From the NCBI GenBank assembly GCA_951406725.2, contig OX597823.1:100502001-100566000 (forward strand): a stretch of 64,000 bases of DNA. Reading direction: 5' to 3'. The notes beneath the pieces are model-generated. The model was not told the origin of the DNA, did not search any database, and saw only the letters and a list, made by a program, of their open reading frames with translations. Source of the DNA: Octopus vulgaris. Lineage: Eukaryota. Of this stretch, positions 53,193 to 64,000 are shown piece after piece. How positions within the stretch are numbered: the stretch's first letter is position 1; each line of letters starts with the position of its first letter. The translations under genes and the position numbers were made by a program.

Positions 53193-53989
53193 CTAGAAAA
53201 AAAAGGTAAGAAAAGGAGTGAAATTATTTTATTTGTTGATATTTCATATGCTTAAATTACAGAAGAGAAAAATGAGAAGTTGCTAAACTCAAGTGAAAAT
53301 GATATTAGCCTCACAGCTGAAAATTAACAAGTTTCTATTCTACTATTGACATAGTCTTCATTAACATTAATCATGTCTAGTTTCGTCTATTTGACAACAA
53401 AGCAAATAAGAACCCCCCCCCTCCCCCAACTAAAGGCGTAAATAAGATTCTGTCAGTGCTGTAGACTGATATAACATTGAGGTCTTATAATCTCTGCAAA
53501 ATATTCCTTTCCATGCTGACAAGGATGGGCTATTATGGTTTGAGTTTTTTATTCAGAATTAACTGCCCTGCTAAATGGAAAATTACAAGACATCTCGTTT
53601 TGTTTTGTTTTTTTGCATGGTTTCTATGACTAGATGTCCTTCTTCATTCTAACCTATTTTACAGAGTATGCCAGGTGTATTTTATCCTAGCACTAGATTC
53701 AGTTGTAAGTACTAGGTCAACAGCTTACAAAGTTTCCCGTGGGCAGTCAATCTCAAACACTTCTGTTACATCTAACAGGACTATAATAAGCTGGTGGGGA
53801 ATGGGACTGTACCTTTATGGGTCCCTTCCCTACAGAACTCATTGCAGACCCTCTCATCATTCAGAGTGCACCTCTGTGCTTGGCTTATGTAAGTCATTTA
53901 TTTGCACCTAGTTTCCTTAGCAACTATCAGACTACAGAACCTGGTCAAAGATCATCCCTAGGTTGAGGAATGCTACATGTAGGAACTTA

Positions 53990-54620
53990 GTCCTGGCTAA
54001 AATACTTGCAAAATTGTCTCAGTAGAAAAACGGCATCTGTGGTACTTTCTTGGCATAGAGCTAAACTGCATCTCATCTGAGCTAATTCTCTCCCTAACCG
54101 CTTGCACGATAACTCTTTCCTTAACTTTCATAACCTGGCCTATTGACATAATGTCTCTGTATTGCCCTTTCTCTAATGTCTCTCCCTTATTCTCAAACCA
54201 GTTGATGAGGATACTGTGATGCCAGTCATTGTATAATGACACCTTCTTCTATTACCTGAGTTATTACTCCTCACAACAGAATGCCGAGATAAGAAGTCCT
54301 GATAATGAAGTGCATCAGGACTGTTCATATCTGATAGACTCCACTATACCATTAGTCATCATTCTATCTACTTCAGGTCATTTACTCATTATTGACACAC
54401 ATCAGTATCTTACCATCATCCATATTTAAAACTATCATTCTGTCTCTCTCTCTCTCACCATCAAACATGTGGCTACTATCATCACCTGTCTTCTGTTGTT
54501 CCCTGCCATTAATGTCTCTTTCTTTCCTCTCTCTCCAGCACTATCTCTTTAGTTCCTTCTCTAATATCCTCCCACCCTCATCTACACTTCTTCCACCCGC
54601 CTACCCTAGTTCATCATCTA
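53990..54620 (-). mobile_element. Decayed RTE LINE fragment
   Basis: YRDI..IGQVMKVKERVI..RERISSDEMQFS, homologous to 50174-50512. Confidence 0.7.
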
Positions 54621-55312
54621 CCTCCACCCTCTCTCCCAGTCATCCTCTTAGCCTACTTCATTGAATGAATGGAGGCATTTTAGAGCATTGGGGGCTCTTT
54701 TGTCTCTTGACAGATAAGGAAATTGTGTTGCTGCCATGGTAATATACACCCAGTACACTCTGTAATGAGTGGACTGGCAAATGAATTGAGACAATGTAGA
54801 GTTGAGAGAACTCTTTAGTCTTGTCAAGAACATGACAACCTCTTTATTGGTGGTTGTATGACAAAATGAAGCCAATCAAGTGAAACTAAACTTGATCCGT
54901 AAGAACCCATTCATCTCGTGCCAGAATGGACAGTGGATAGAAACCTTAATGATGATGAAGATTACAGTACTATCTACTCTAGTGTAACCTTTATAAATGA
55001 ATGAACCAGTTGGTTCAAATGAGGGAAACATATGTAAGCCTAAAATAATAATGGAAAATCAATCGCAGTAGAAGACATCTATGGTTGCTGTTGGAAAGTC
55101 ATGCTCTCATGTTTTTGGCTGTGTTTTATCTTTTGTAAAGAATCAATGTGTCTGTGATGGGATCCCTTTTGGTGGGACATCGGAGGGGAATGAAAAACCC
55201 ATAAAACAAAAAGATACGAATTAAGAACGAAAAATAAGTGATAGAAAAACAGAAAAAGACAGAGATGGGCAATATAGAAAAAGAGAGAATGTGAATAAAA
55301 CAGTTTATATAC

Positions 55313-55383
55313 TCATGGTCGTGCATAGTAAGGTGAGGAAGAAACTGTCGGAATCGGAGGCGGCTGACAATATCTCTGTAGTC
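55313..55383 (-). CDS. OCRL: OCRL exon (DYRDIVSRLRFRQFLPHLTMHDH-E)
   Basis: 71 nt; tttctAG acceptor, GTatat donor; continues RRNQ|DY as in OCRL; phase 0/2 fits the next exon. Confidence 0.9.
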
Positions 55384-55409
55384 CTAGAAAGAAATAATAA
55401 TAATAATAA

Positions 55410-57240
55410 TCACAATAAATACAAAACAGTTTTGTAAAACAGTTCAGTGATGACATCAGGAAGGAATTTGGCCTTGATAAATGTGCAAAAGCTACCTTTA
55501 TCAGAGGGAAAATGACAGATACATCCAATGTTAAACTTGACAGTTTCAATATTGTAAACTGGTCAATTACTGAAAGCTGGAATCTTGATAGAAAAATTTG
55601 AAAATTGTTGACAATGAATATAATGCACCACCTTAAGGTAGATATAGAATGATATAACTTGCCAAGAAAAGAGGGTAGCTGTGAACTCTTGCAACTTAAA
55701 TTGACACTGAAGATTGCCAGAATTGTCCTAAACACTTACCTGAAAAACTCTGATGACTGGATGCTAAAACTTGTCTTAAAGTACGGAAACAAGAAAATCG
55801 CATACTCAGTAGCAAAACAGGTAAGGAAATATCTAAGTGAATTCCAAATACAGCAAGTCCCAGGATTAGATATACTGGAAACAAGCACAGAAAAGCTAAG
55901 TATGAAAACCCTTGCTTAAAGTGCTACCTTAGATATTTTCACTGATAAATGGAAAGAAAAGTCTCTCAATGGCAAATATCCAAAGAGAGTTAATAATGCT
56001 GATATTGACAAAACCCTTACCCATCATTGGTTGGCATCTTCTGCCTTAAAATCAGAGACATAAGGGTTTATCATAGTAACCCAGGATCAATGCCTACCTA
56101 CAAAGAAGCTATCAGGCTAACATGTCATGTATGTTAACAACAAGCTGAAACCATCAATCATATTGTCTCCATGTGCAGCCTTCTTGTACCCACAGAGTAT
56201 TTTAACAGGCATGATAGAGCGGCACAGTATATTCACTGGATAATCTGCAAGGAGCTGGACCTGCCACATGATAAAAACTGGAGGGAACACAAACCACTTT
56301 CAGCGCTTGAAAATGATCACATCTCACTCCTTTGGAACTTTACTGTTCAAACTGACAGAAAGAAAGATGCAAATAGGCCAGACTGAAGGATTTCAAACAA
56401 AGATCACGCCTCCTCATTGTTCCAATTGATGTACCTGTCAAGACCAACCAAAAACTGAGCAAATATAAAGATCTTGAAATAGAAATTGGCAAAATGTGGA
56501 ATCTCAAGACTAGAACAATACCTATTGTCATAGGCACTCTAGGGATGATAACAAAAAAGGGCTGAAAGTTCCCTATCACAGATACCAGGAAATCCCAAAA
56601 GGGAAGAAATTTAAAAGATAGTGCCTATGGGAACTGCTCATATCCTATGAAAAATAATGTCTATGTAATCCCCAAAACATTTTAATTTGTAAATACTGTC
56701 AAAAGTAATTTTAAATGTACATAATAGCAAATACCTTTTACTGTCATCTTAAGATCACACTATCATCATCAAATTACTTTTAAAACAAATTTTTAATTTT
56801 CTCATGTTTTGACAGACACCCACTCTGTGCAAAACCAAACATTTGGCACCCTAGTCATAACACCAACTTGAACTTCTAACCAGTTGTCTCTTGAGGTCTC
56901 TGGATGAGACTTGGTGTCAACTTGTATAAATACAAAGCAAAGGAATTTGAAAAACTGTTGAAATATAAGGAGATTAAGATCTCTAGGGTGTGGCAATTAA
57001 AAACCAAAACCATCCCTGTTATTGTAGGTGCACTGGGAATGACCAAGAAAAGTAAAACAAATTTTTTGACTAGATTCCTGGGAAACCAACAATCTATGAG
57101 ACTCAAAGAATTGGGTTGGCATCAACCACCCACATTCTCAGGAAGTTTCTTGGCATCTAATGCCTTAGGTCACTGGTTGAGACTGGATCAGAAGATGAAA
57201 TAAAATGCAATTCAACTGGAAAATGATAATAATAATAATT
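55410..57240 (+). mobile_element. R4/Dong-like non-LTR retrotransposon remnants with REL endonuclease
   Basis: FSDDIRKEFGLDKCAK, LPRKEG, HIVSMCSLL..YFNRHD, LWNFTVQTDRK..NRPD, KYKDLEIEI.KMW.LKT..IPIVIGTLG; a second 3' piece at 56930-57240 ends in (TAA)n. Confidence 0.85.
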
Positions 57241-57429
57241 TCTACAATAGGCATAGAGCCTGAAATTTGGAGAGAAGGGCTTAACTGATTACATCAACCC
57301 CAGTGCTCAGCTAGTACTTATTTTATTGATCCTGAAAGAGTTAGAGGCAAAGACAACCTCAGTGGTATTTTAATGCAGAAGAAGTACTGCTAAGTATTTT
57401 GTGTCTAGTGTGCAAACAATTCTACCAGT

Positions 57430-57990
57430 TTGCTATGAGGAGAACAACCTGGGATGATACATCAGACAGCAGCATGAATCATTGCTTGCTGCCATTAGAA
57501 ATAATAACACGAAACCTACTGAAAATGCGACACATCCCAAAACATTTAAGAAACAAGATGAAGAACAATAAGAAAATGAAAACAATGCATGGAAAATAGC
57601 GCAGAAAAATTGAAAGGAAAGACAAGACCAACACACCTGGAGATGACTAAGAGAAAGTGATCTGAAAGGATGCACTGAAGTACTGATATGCAGCATCCAA
57701 GGACAAATCCTGAGAACTAATTACACAAAGTTCCAAGTAGATAAAAGCAGTGAATCACCCCATTATTGAATGTGTGGCAGCAAAAACGAAACAATCTTAC
57801 ATACTGTGAGTGAAGGTAGGAAGCTGGCCCAAAAACACTACAAAAGGAGGCATGATAATGTGGCTAAGTTTATTCACCGAGACTGTGTGAAAAGTACGGT
57901 GTGGGCAGAGCAAAGAAATGAACCAGAGGGTGCCCTGAGAACAATGAATACAAGGCCCTGTGGGATTTTACAATCCAATGTGACTCCCTA
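57430..57990 (+). mobile_element. Further R4-like fragment
   Basis: MCGSKNETILHTVSEGRKLAQKHYKRRHDNVAKFIH (CCHC/RHD region). Confidence 0.75.
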
Positions 57991-58419
57991 ATTGATGCTC
58001 AGTATTATACAAGAAATTTAATCATCTTGAGTATTATCATCATTGTTGTAAAGTGGGTTCCTCTCACTGGTATGATGTGTGACTACCATTGTACTGTTGT
58101 TGTTGTTTTATGCTAGTAGCCACAATAGTTACTAGTCATTGGATACCATTGTATCTCTCAGTAGTGGAATAGTAATACACTAACTTTATCTGTCTTACTA
58201 TCGCTGGTAACTCCGCAAGACACCGACTAGAACCATTGACTCTTGATGACCAGCCATTGGTTTATTTATAATGGCTTCCTCAATATTACAACAATCATCA
58301 TCAAATTTCTTGTATAATATTCAAGAAAATATGTAGTCAAGCAAACTACATCATGAGAGAGAGCCATTTAATATCACACAAACTTGTTAAATTCATTTTA
58401 CAAAAGTCAGCAATGAGTA

Positions 58420-58860
58420 TAGCAATGAATTGAGTGTGCAGGTAGGAGTTCACCAAGGATCATTTCTCAGCTCTGTCTTTTTTTATCAAAGTCTTTCAGG
58501 CCATAACAGTGGAATTTGAAACTGATTATCCATGGGAGCTCCTTTATGCTGATGACTGACCTTATAGCTAAATCTATTGTAGAATTTGAGAAATTTCAGG
58601 TGTAGAAGCAAGGACTGCATTTAAAGGGCCTCAGAATTCTTTTTAGGGAAATGGTCCTGCTCGACATGTCGAAAAGGTAGCTGTAGAAATACCATTCAAT
58701 GTATCTAATGCAAGCTGGCAGGTGTGCGGGAACTATAAATACTAAGAACACACAGGAAATAGATTTTCCTCTAAAGCTCAAGGATTTCCTTAGAGGTAGT
58801 AGATAGTTTCCATAACCTACGTGACCAAACCTACAGGCTCTGAAAGCGTAGCCGTTAGAA
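58420..58860 (+). mobile_element. Deleted RTE LINE fragment
   Basis: GVHQGSFLS...YPWELLYADD. Confidence 0.75.
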
Positions 58861-58902
58861 GAACACTTATTACTGTCTTCATATTTTCATAATAAACCTT
58901 AC

Positions 58903-59010
58903 CTGGTTTCTCCGTTCAAATTCTTCCTGATGGGCAGCCAAGTGAGAATTTATGAAACACAATGAAGTGTTATGAATTGTCATTCTCACAGCCACTCCTC
59001 CTTTGTTGCC
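58903..59010 (-). CDS. OCRL: OCRL/INPP5B-family 5-phosphatase, first exon visible in window ([36 protein letters not shown])
   Basis: 108 nt; acceptor ttttgcAG, donor GTaagg; GNKGGVA and NSHLAAH are hallmark 5-phosphatase motifs; phase 0/0. Confidence 0.96.
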
Positions 59011-59084
59011 CTGCAAAAGCAGAAAAGAAATAGCATTAGACTTCAGTACATTCTGAACATTCTCATGATAGATACACTACACCA

Positions 59085-59300
59085 CCCTTTAACATTTAAA
59101 CTGGTCATATCTGGCCCAGATATTCTGTTTTCTGTTCCAACTGACCAGATCTGGTCTCTCATACTTGCACTACAATGTCATTCAAATATTAAACAATCAC
59201 AACATTGACATCTCAAAGATACAAGATAATGCATGATTAATTCAAAACAATATGAATAAATAAGCATTACATTTGACAGAGGAATCTGAATGTTAAAGGG
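59085..59300. mobile_element. piggyBac-like MITE (216 nt)
   Basis: Perfect 12-nt TIR CCCTTTAACATT...AATGTTAAAGGG followed by TTAA; related decayed copy in the opposite orientation at about 38285-38500. Confidence 0.75.
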
Positions 59301-60213
59301 TTAAGGGGAAATATATTAAGAAAAACAGAATTTAGGTCCTCAAGTGTTGAATACTCAAGTAGAAAAGCAAGATTAGTTTTAAAATGTAATATTTTAGTTT
59401 CTTACCAGAAACTAAAATATTACATATCTCGTATAAAGCCTTCTCCTTTTTTATTATACTTTCACTTAATTGAAGGGTTTTTTTCTTTAACTTGCAAGTT
59501 ACTTGGTGACCCCCATAGTGCCAGTGTCACAAACAAAAGCACCCAGTAGACTTTTTAAAGTGGTTGGCATTAGGAAGGGCAGCCAGTCATAGAAACCATA
59601 CTAAAGTAGACATTGAAGCTGGACATCCAACCATGCCAGCATGTTGAATGATGACTTGAAAGCAATCGTATTTCTCAAACCAACTCTATCCTACAAAATA
59701 GCAAAATACTTAAATTTATTTGAAATAAATTACAAATTCAATTAACTGTACAACCTAGTGTATTATTATTCTAACAAAACATTTAGATGATCATATAAGC
59801 CAACACAATAAACTCACCAACACTTGCTCCTTGAAGGTTTGCTCAGGTGCCCCATCACTATCATCTTCCCAGCTATTGTCAGCTACCCTTATATAATGCA
59901 AGGTAGCTTTGCATGTTCTCTATTGTGTGTCATACCTCTGCTTGTCCCTAGCATAAAGCCACCCCTCCCCTCTCTCAAATATCACCATTTTAGTTGAGGA
60001 GTCCTTTTCCCTTTTCTTGTAAGTTGCTGGCGTCATGTAAAAAAGCACCCAGTTCACATTGTAAAGTAGTTGGCATTAGGAAAGACATCTGGCCATAGAA
60101 ACTATGCCAAAGCTGACTTGGAACATGATGCAGTCCTATGGCATCACGGGTTGGATGTTAAAATGTGCAACCCCATACAAGCAAGGATGATGACGACTGC
60201 ATGTCTAGACAAT

Positions 60214-62420
60214 TCATCATCATCATCCTTTAACATCTGTTGTCCATGCTGGCATGGATTGGACAGTTTGACCAGGGCTGACAAGCTGTACCAGACTCCA
60301 TTCTGATTGGGTATGGTTTCTACAGGTGGATGCCCTTCCTAATGCCAACCACTTTACAGAGTGTACTGGGTGCTTTTAGATGGCACCGCTCACTCTTAAT
60401 ACTTCTGCTGCAGAGTACAGATCTTGAGTACAGCAAGGTACCAGGCATCTTGGTCCTTTGTCATTTCACCTGAAAGGTTCAGTGTCCTGAGGTCGTTCAG
60501 TACTTCATCTTATGTCTTCCACTTCCACATGTTCCATCTACTTTGAGAGATCAACATTTCTTTATGGAGCTGTTGGCATCTGTCCACATCACATGACCAA
60601 ACCAGTGCAGTCTTCACTCTTGCACATAACAACTAATTCCTCTTATGCCTAACTTCTCTCTCAGAACACTAGCACTCTGTTGAACATGAACACTTACATT
60701 ACACATCCAGCGAACATACTGGCTTCATTTCTTTCTAACCTTCACATGTTCCCTGCATACAGGCCTCACATCTCACTACCATGTAGAATTGCTGTCCATA
60801 TACATGCATCATACAATCTTCCTTTCACAGCCAACAGAGGTAAAAGTTCTCTGAAATTCCTCCATCCTATTCTTATCCTAGTTATCACACTCTCTGTGCA
60901 TCCTCCCCACTTAATTTGGTCCCTTAAGTAACAGAAATTATCTACTACCTCTAATGAACCACCAGGGCCTTTGAGAGAATCAATTTCCCAAGTCTCCAAA
61001 GTTTTTATGGATCCTCTGCATACGGAAGCTATCTTCTCTGATAATCTTCCTTATCATTCCACTGTACCATTTGTGTATCCATAACTTTCACTGGGGACAC
61101 CATATGGAGTAGGAACTCCTACACCTTTCCTACAAATTGAACAGGGTCACCTAGCTGATGGGTGGACTAGGGTCCTGTTAGTTTTCTTGCTTATTAGGAC
61201 CTTAGCCTTTGCTAAGTTAACCGTAAGGCCCTTAGATTCCAGGTTTTACTTCCAAACCTGGAATTTTTTCTTCTAGCTCTAACATAGAATCTGCTATGAA
61301 GGCAAGATCATCAGCACATTGTAGTTTCTAGGGGCTGCTGGTCTTGAATTCCTCTGTTATGGCCTGAAAGATAATGATGAAAAGGAGGGACTGAGGGCTG
61401 AGCGTTGATGAACCCCCTAACTGTACACCAAATTCTTCACTGTACTCGTGGTTAACTCTCACCTTACTGACAGCATCAATCCCTAGCCTCCTCACTTGCC
61501 ACTCATCTATCCCTAGCCTCCTCAGAGCCCACCATGTCACACAGCAGGGCACTCTATCAAAGGCTTTCTCTAGATCAACAAATGCCAAGTATAATGGTTT
61601 ATTCTTAGCTAAGTACTTCTCTTGCAGTTGTCTGGCTATGAAAATAGCGTCAGTAGTGCTTCTTCCTTGGACAAAGCTGAACTGCATTTCATCCAGCCTA
61701 ATAATTAGGCAATAACTCCGTAATTTTCATAACCTGGTCCAGTAGTTTGATGCCTCTGTAATTAACTTCTATCTAATGCATCACCCTTACCCTTCTAACA
61801 GTTAACAATTATGCTCTTATGCCAGTCACTGGCTATTACACCTTCCTGAATAACCTGATTAACCTTCCTACCTTACCAGCTATTTTGGAGCATATCAACT
61901 ATGATTCTGGATGACCAAGGGCTTTCCCAGTTTTCATATTTTTAATTGCCTTATCTACCACTAGGATAGCTGGTCCCTCTGTTTGGTTCACACGCGGGAG
62001 ACTCCCTTTATTCCATTCATTCCCTACATTCAACAGTCTCATATAGTAACTTTTCCAGGCTTCTTTCTTGTCCACATCATTGAGTGCAAGCATACCATTA
62101 TCCATTCACACACAGTTCTCTCCTACAATATCTTGATTCTTACTGACAATTTGTCTGGCAACCCAGAATATTTCAAATCTCTCATCTTCATACTGTAGGA
62201 CTTAGGCAAACTTTTCTCTTTTCTGCTTCTAGATAAACTTGACGTCTAGTCTTCTAGCCTTCTGATATGATTCTTTGCTACAAGCCCCTCTTTTCCACTC
62301 TGTCTCTTTTCTTTTGTGGCCCTGTCAATGTCACTTTTCCACCACCACATCACCCTTAGTCTGGCAGAGGCTTTGCTCCAACCACAAATTCAGTCTGTTG
62401 CCCATAGTAGATTGTCCTGT
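60214..62420 (-). mobile_element. RTE LINE, decayed
   Basis: GRSTTDAIFIARQLQEKYLAKNKPLYLAFVDLEKAFDRVP, FCYL, WRNFRELLPLL; (GAT)n tail at 60214. Confidence 0.92.
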
Positions 62421-63239
62421 AGGATAATTAAATGTAAATACTTAAGAAACTGATTACTATTCATTTTTAAAATATGGCACATTATCATGTGATGTATGAA
62501 GTATTGAGTTGTAACTCAGTCAGAGCACTACTTAAAATTCATTTGACATATTTTCAACAACTGGAAATAAATTGTACACCATTTAAACTATAGTAAAAGC
62601 ATCTTTTTTATTAACATTTTATTTTATTTTCACCTCATAATTTCTTCCTAATATTAAAAAATTTTTCTCTATAGAATCTTTTCTGTTACAATTAACTCTG
62701 TCTGATGTTCCTGGCTATCAGTTCCTAAAATACACTGGTCAACCATATCTATACATAACAGACATATTAGACTGTAAAATGTAGAACCTGGTGAATAATC
62801 ATGTTGATTTCTAACAAAAGTATATCATCAGTATTTAGCATTTGCTTTCCATGCTTACATGGGTTGGATGATTCAACAGGAGCTGGTAAGCCAGAGGACT
62901 GTGCCAAGTGCCAATATCTTCCTAAAACTACCCAGGTGCTTTTTTACATGGTACTAGTAAGGCCACCAAGTGACTTGCAAACTAAGGCTCTTCCACTGAG
63001 AAGGGGAGGGCAGAATTGAGGGGGTGGGGCTTGTGCAAGGTGATGAGAGGGACAGAAACAAGTGTCTTGCGGAACAGGAGATACATGGATACTTTGGTTG
63101 GAAAAGAGAGAAAATGGTGAAGATGTGTCAGGGCATATCCTCAAGCTGCTAGATGATTCTTAGAGAAGTGACACCCCATGGTTCAAATTTAGGAAGCAGA
63201 AGGTGGTATAATTGATTATATCCCTGGTGAAGAACGCCC

Positions 63240-64000
63240 CCCCCCACCAGTATAAGTTAGTCATCAGCAACTTTAGCAAGAAGGATTCCAAGAAGCAGAC
63301 CTGTCTAGAAAAGAAGGATTTGGAAGCTTAAGGATCCTTTAGATGGTCAAAAATTTAAGGACACCCTAATTGAGAAATTTAACAAAGAGGAGGAGGAACT
63401 ACAGATATGTAACATAGAGGATTACTGGAAGTTCCTATGAGATAGTTTGCTGAGTGCCACAAACTAAATCAGTGGCAGGTGCAAAGACTCAACCAGAGCT
63501 AGGGTGATGTGGTGGTGGAAAAGTGTTGTAGACAAGGCCATTAGCATAAAAAAAAAGGGCCTGGAAGAATGGTAGTAGCAGAAAACTATATCAGGTAGAT
63601 AGAAGGGAAGCTAAAAGACAGGTATACTTAGACAGGGGAGAAGACTGGCTGCCCTTGGGAGCTCCTCTACACTGATGACCTTGTTCTTATTGCTGAAGGA
63701 ATTTCAGGCGTGGAAGAAAGGGCTGGAATCAAAGGGCCTTAGAGTTAATTTAGCAAAGACCAAAATCCTAATAAGCAAGGAAACAAACCACAGAGCCCTT
63801 CAGGGTGATGGCTCAGCTCAATATGTAGAAAAGGTTTCAATAAAAACTCCATACAGTGTACCCAGTGTAAGCTATGGACACTGGAAGATTAACAGAGAAA
63901 GTTGTCTTTACATGTGGCAGATGTGTAGGGACATTAAACATTGGTCATGTATAGAAAATACACTCTCTCAAATGTCTGCAGGGGTCTCCTTAGAAGTAGC
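63240..64000 (+). mobile_element. RTE LINE fragment running off the window end
   Basis: QYKLVISNF..., GCPWELLYTDDLVLIAE, LRVNLAKTK. Confidence 0.8.

Noticed and set aside
59818-59890. Minus-strand frame VADNSWEDDSDGAPEQTFKEQVL ending at a good GTGAGT donor in phase with the GNKGG exon
   Set aside because: No similarity to the expected upstream OCRL sequence (…VGTGIMG.M), no convincing acceptor, and it lies in or next to a decayed repeat. The true upstream exon is probably outside the window.

Overview
AT-rich, repeat-dense animal genomic DNA. The SINE/RTE repeat complement points to a cephalopod, probably Octopus (inference). The main feature is the 3' part of an OCRL/INPP5B-family inositol polyphosphate 5-phosphatase gene on the minus strand. 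I reconstructed 15 coding exons by hand (59010 down to the stop at 16212; 1611 nt, 536 aa), all phase-compatible, covering the 5-phosphatase C-terminal half, the ASH domain and the RhoGAP-like domain. The 5' exons appear to lie beyond the window. The gene carries two minor-spliceosome (U12-type) introns: an AT-AC intron (31720-34002) and a GT-AG intron (24197-25388). Read-through of the GT-AG one would encode a hydrophobic tail ending at a stop that overlaps AATAAA. A probable terminal coding exon of an unidentified convergent plus-strand gene lies at 8213-8380. The rest is decayed mobile elements (three Gypsy pieces, a HERO-like LINE, R4-like and RTE LINEs, a Penelope-like fragment, mariner and piggyBac-like MITEs, tRNA-derived SINEs) and microsatellites. 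Most ORFs in the supplied track are spurious or transposon-derived.
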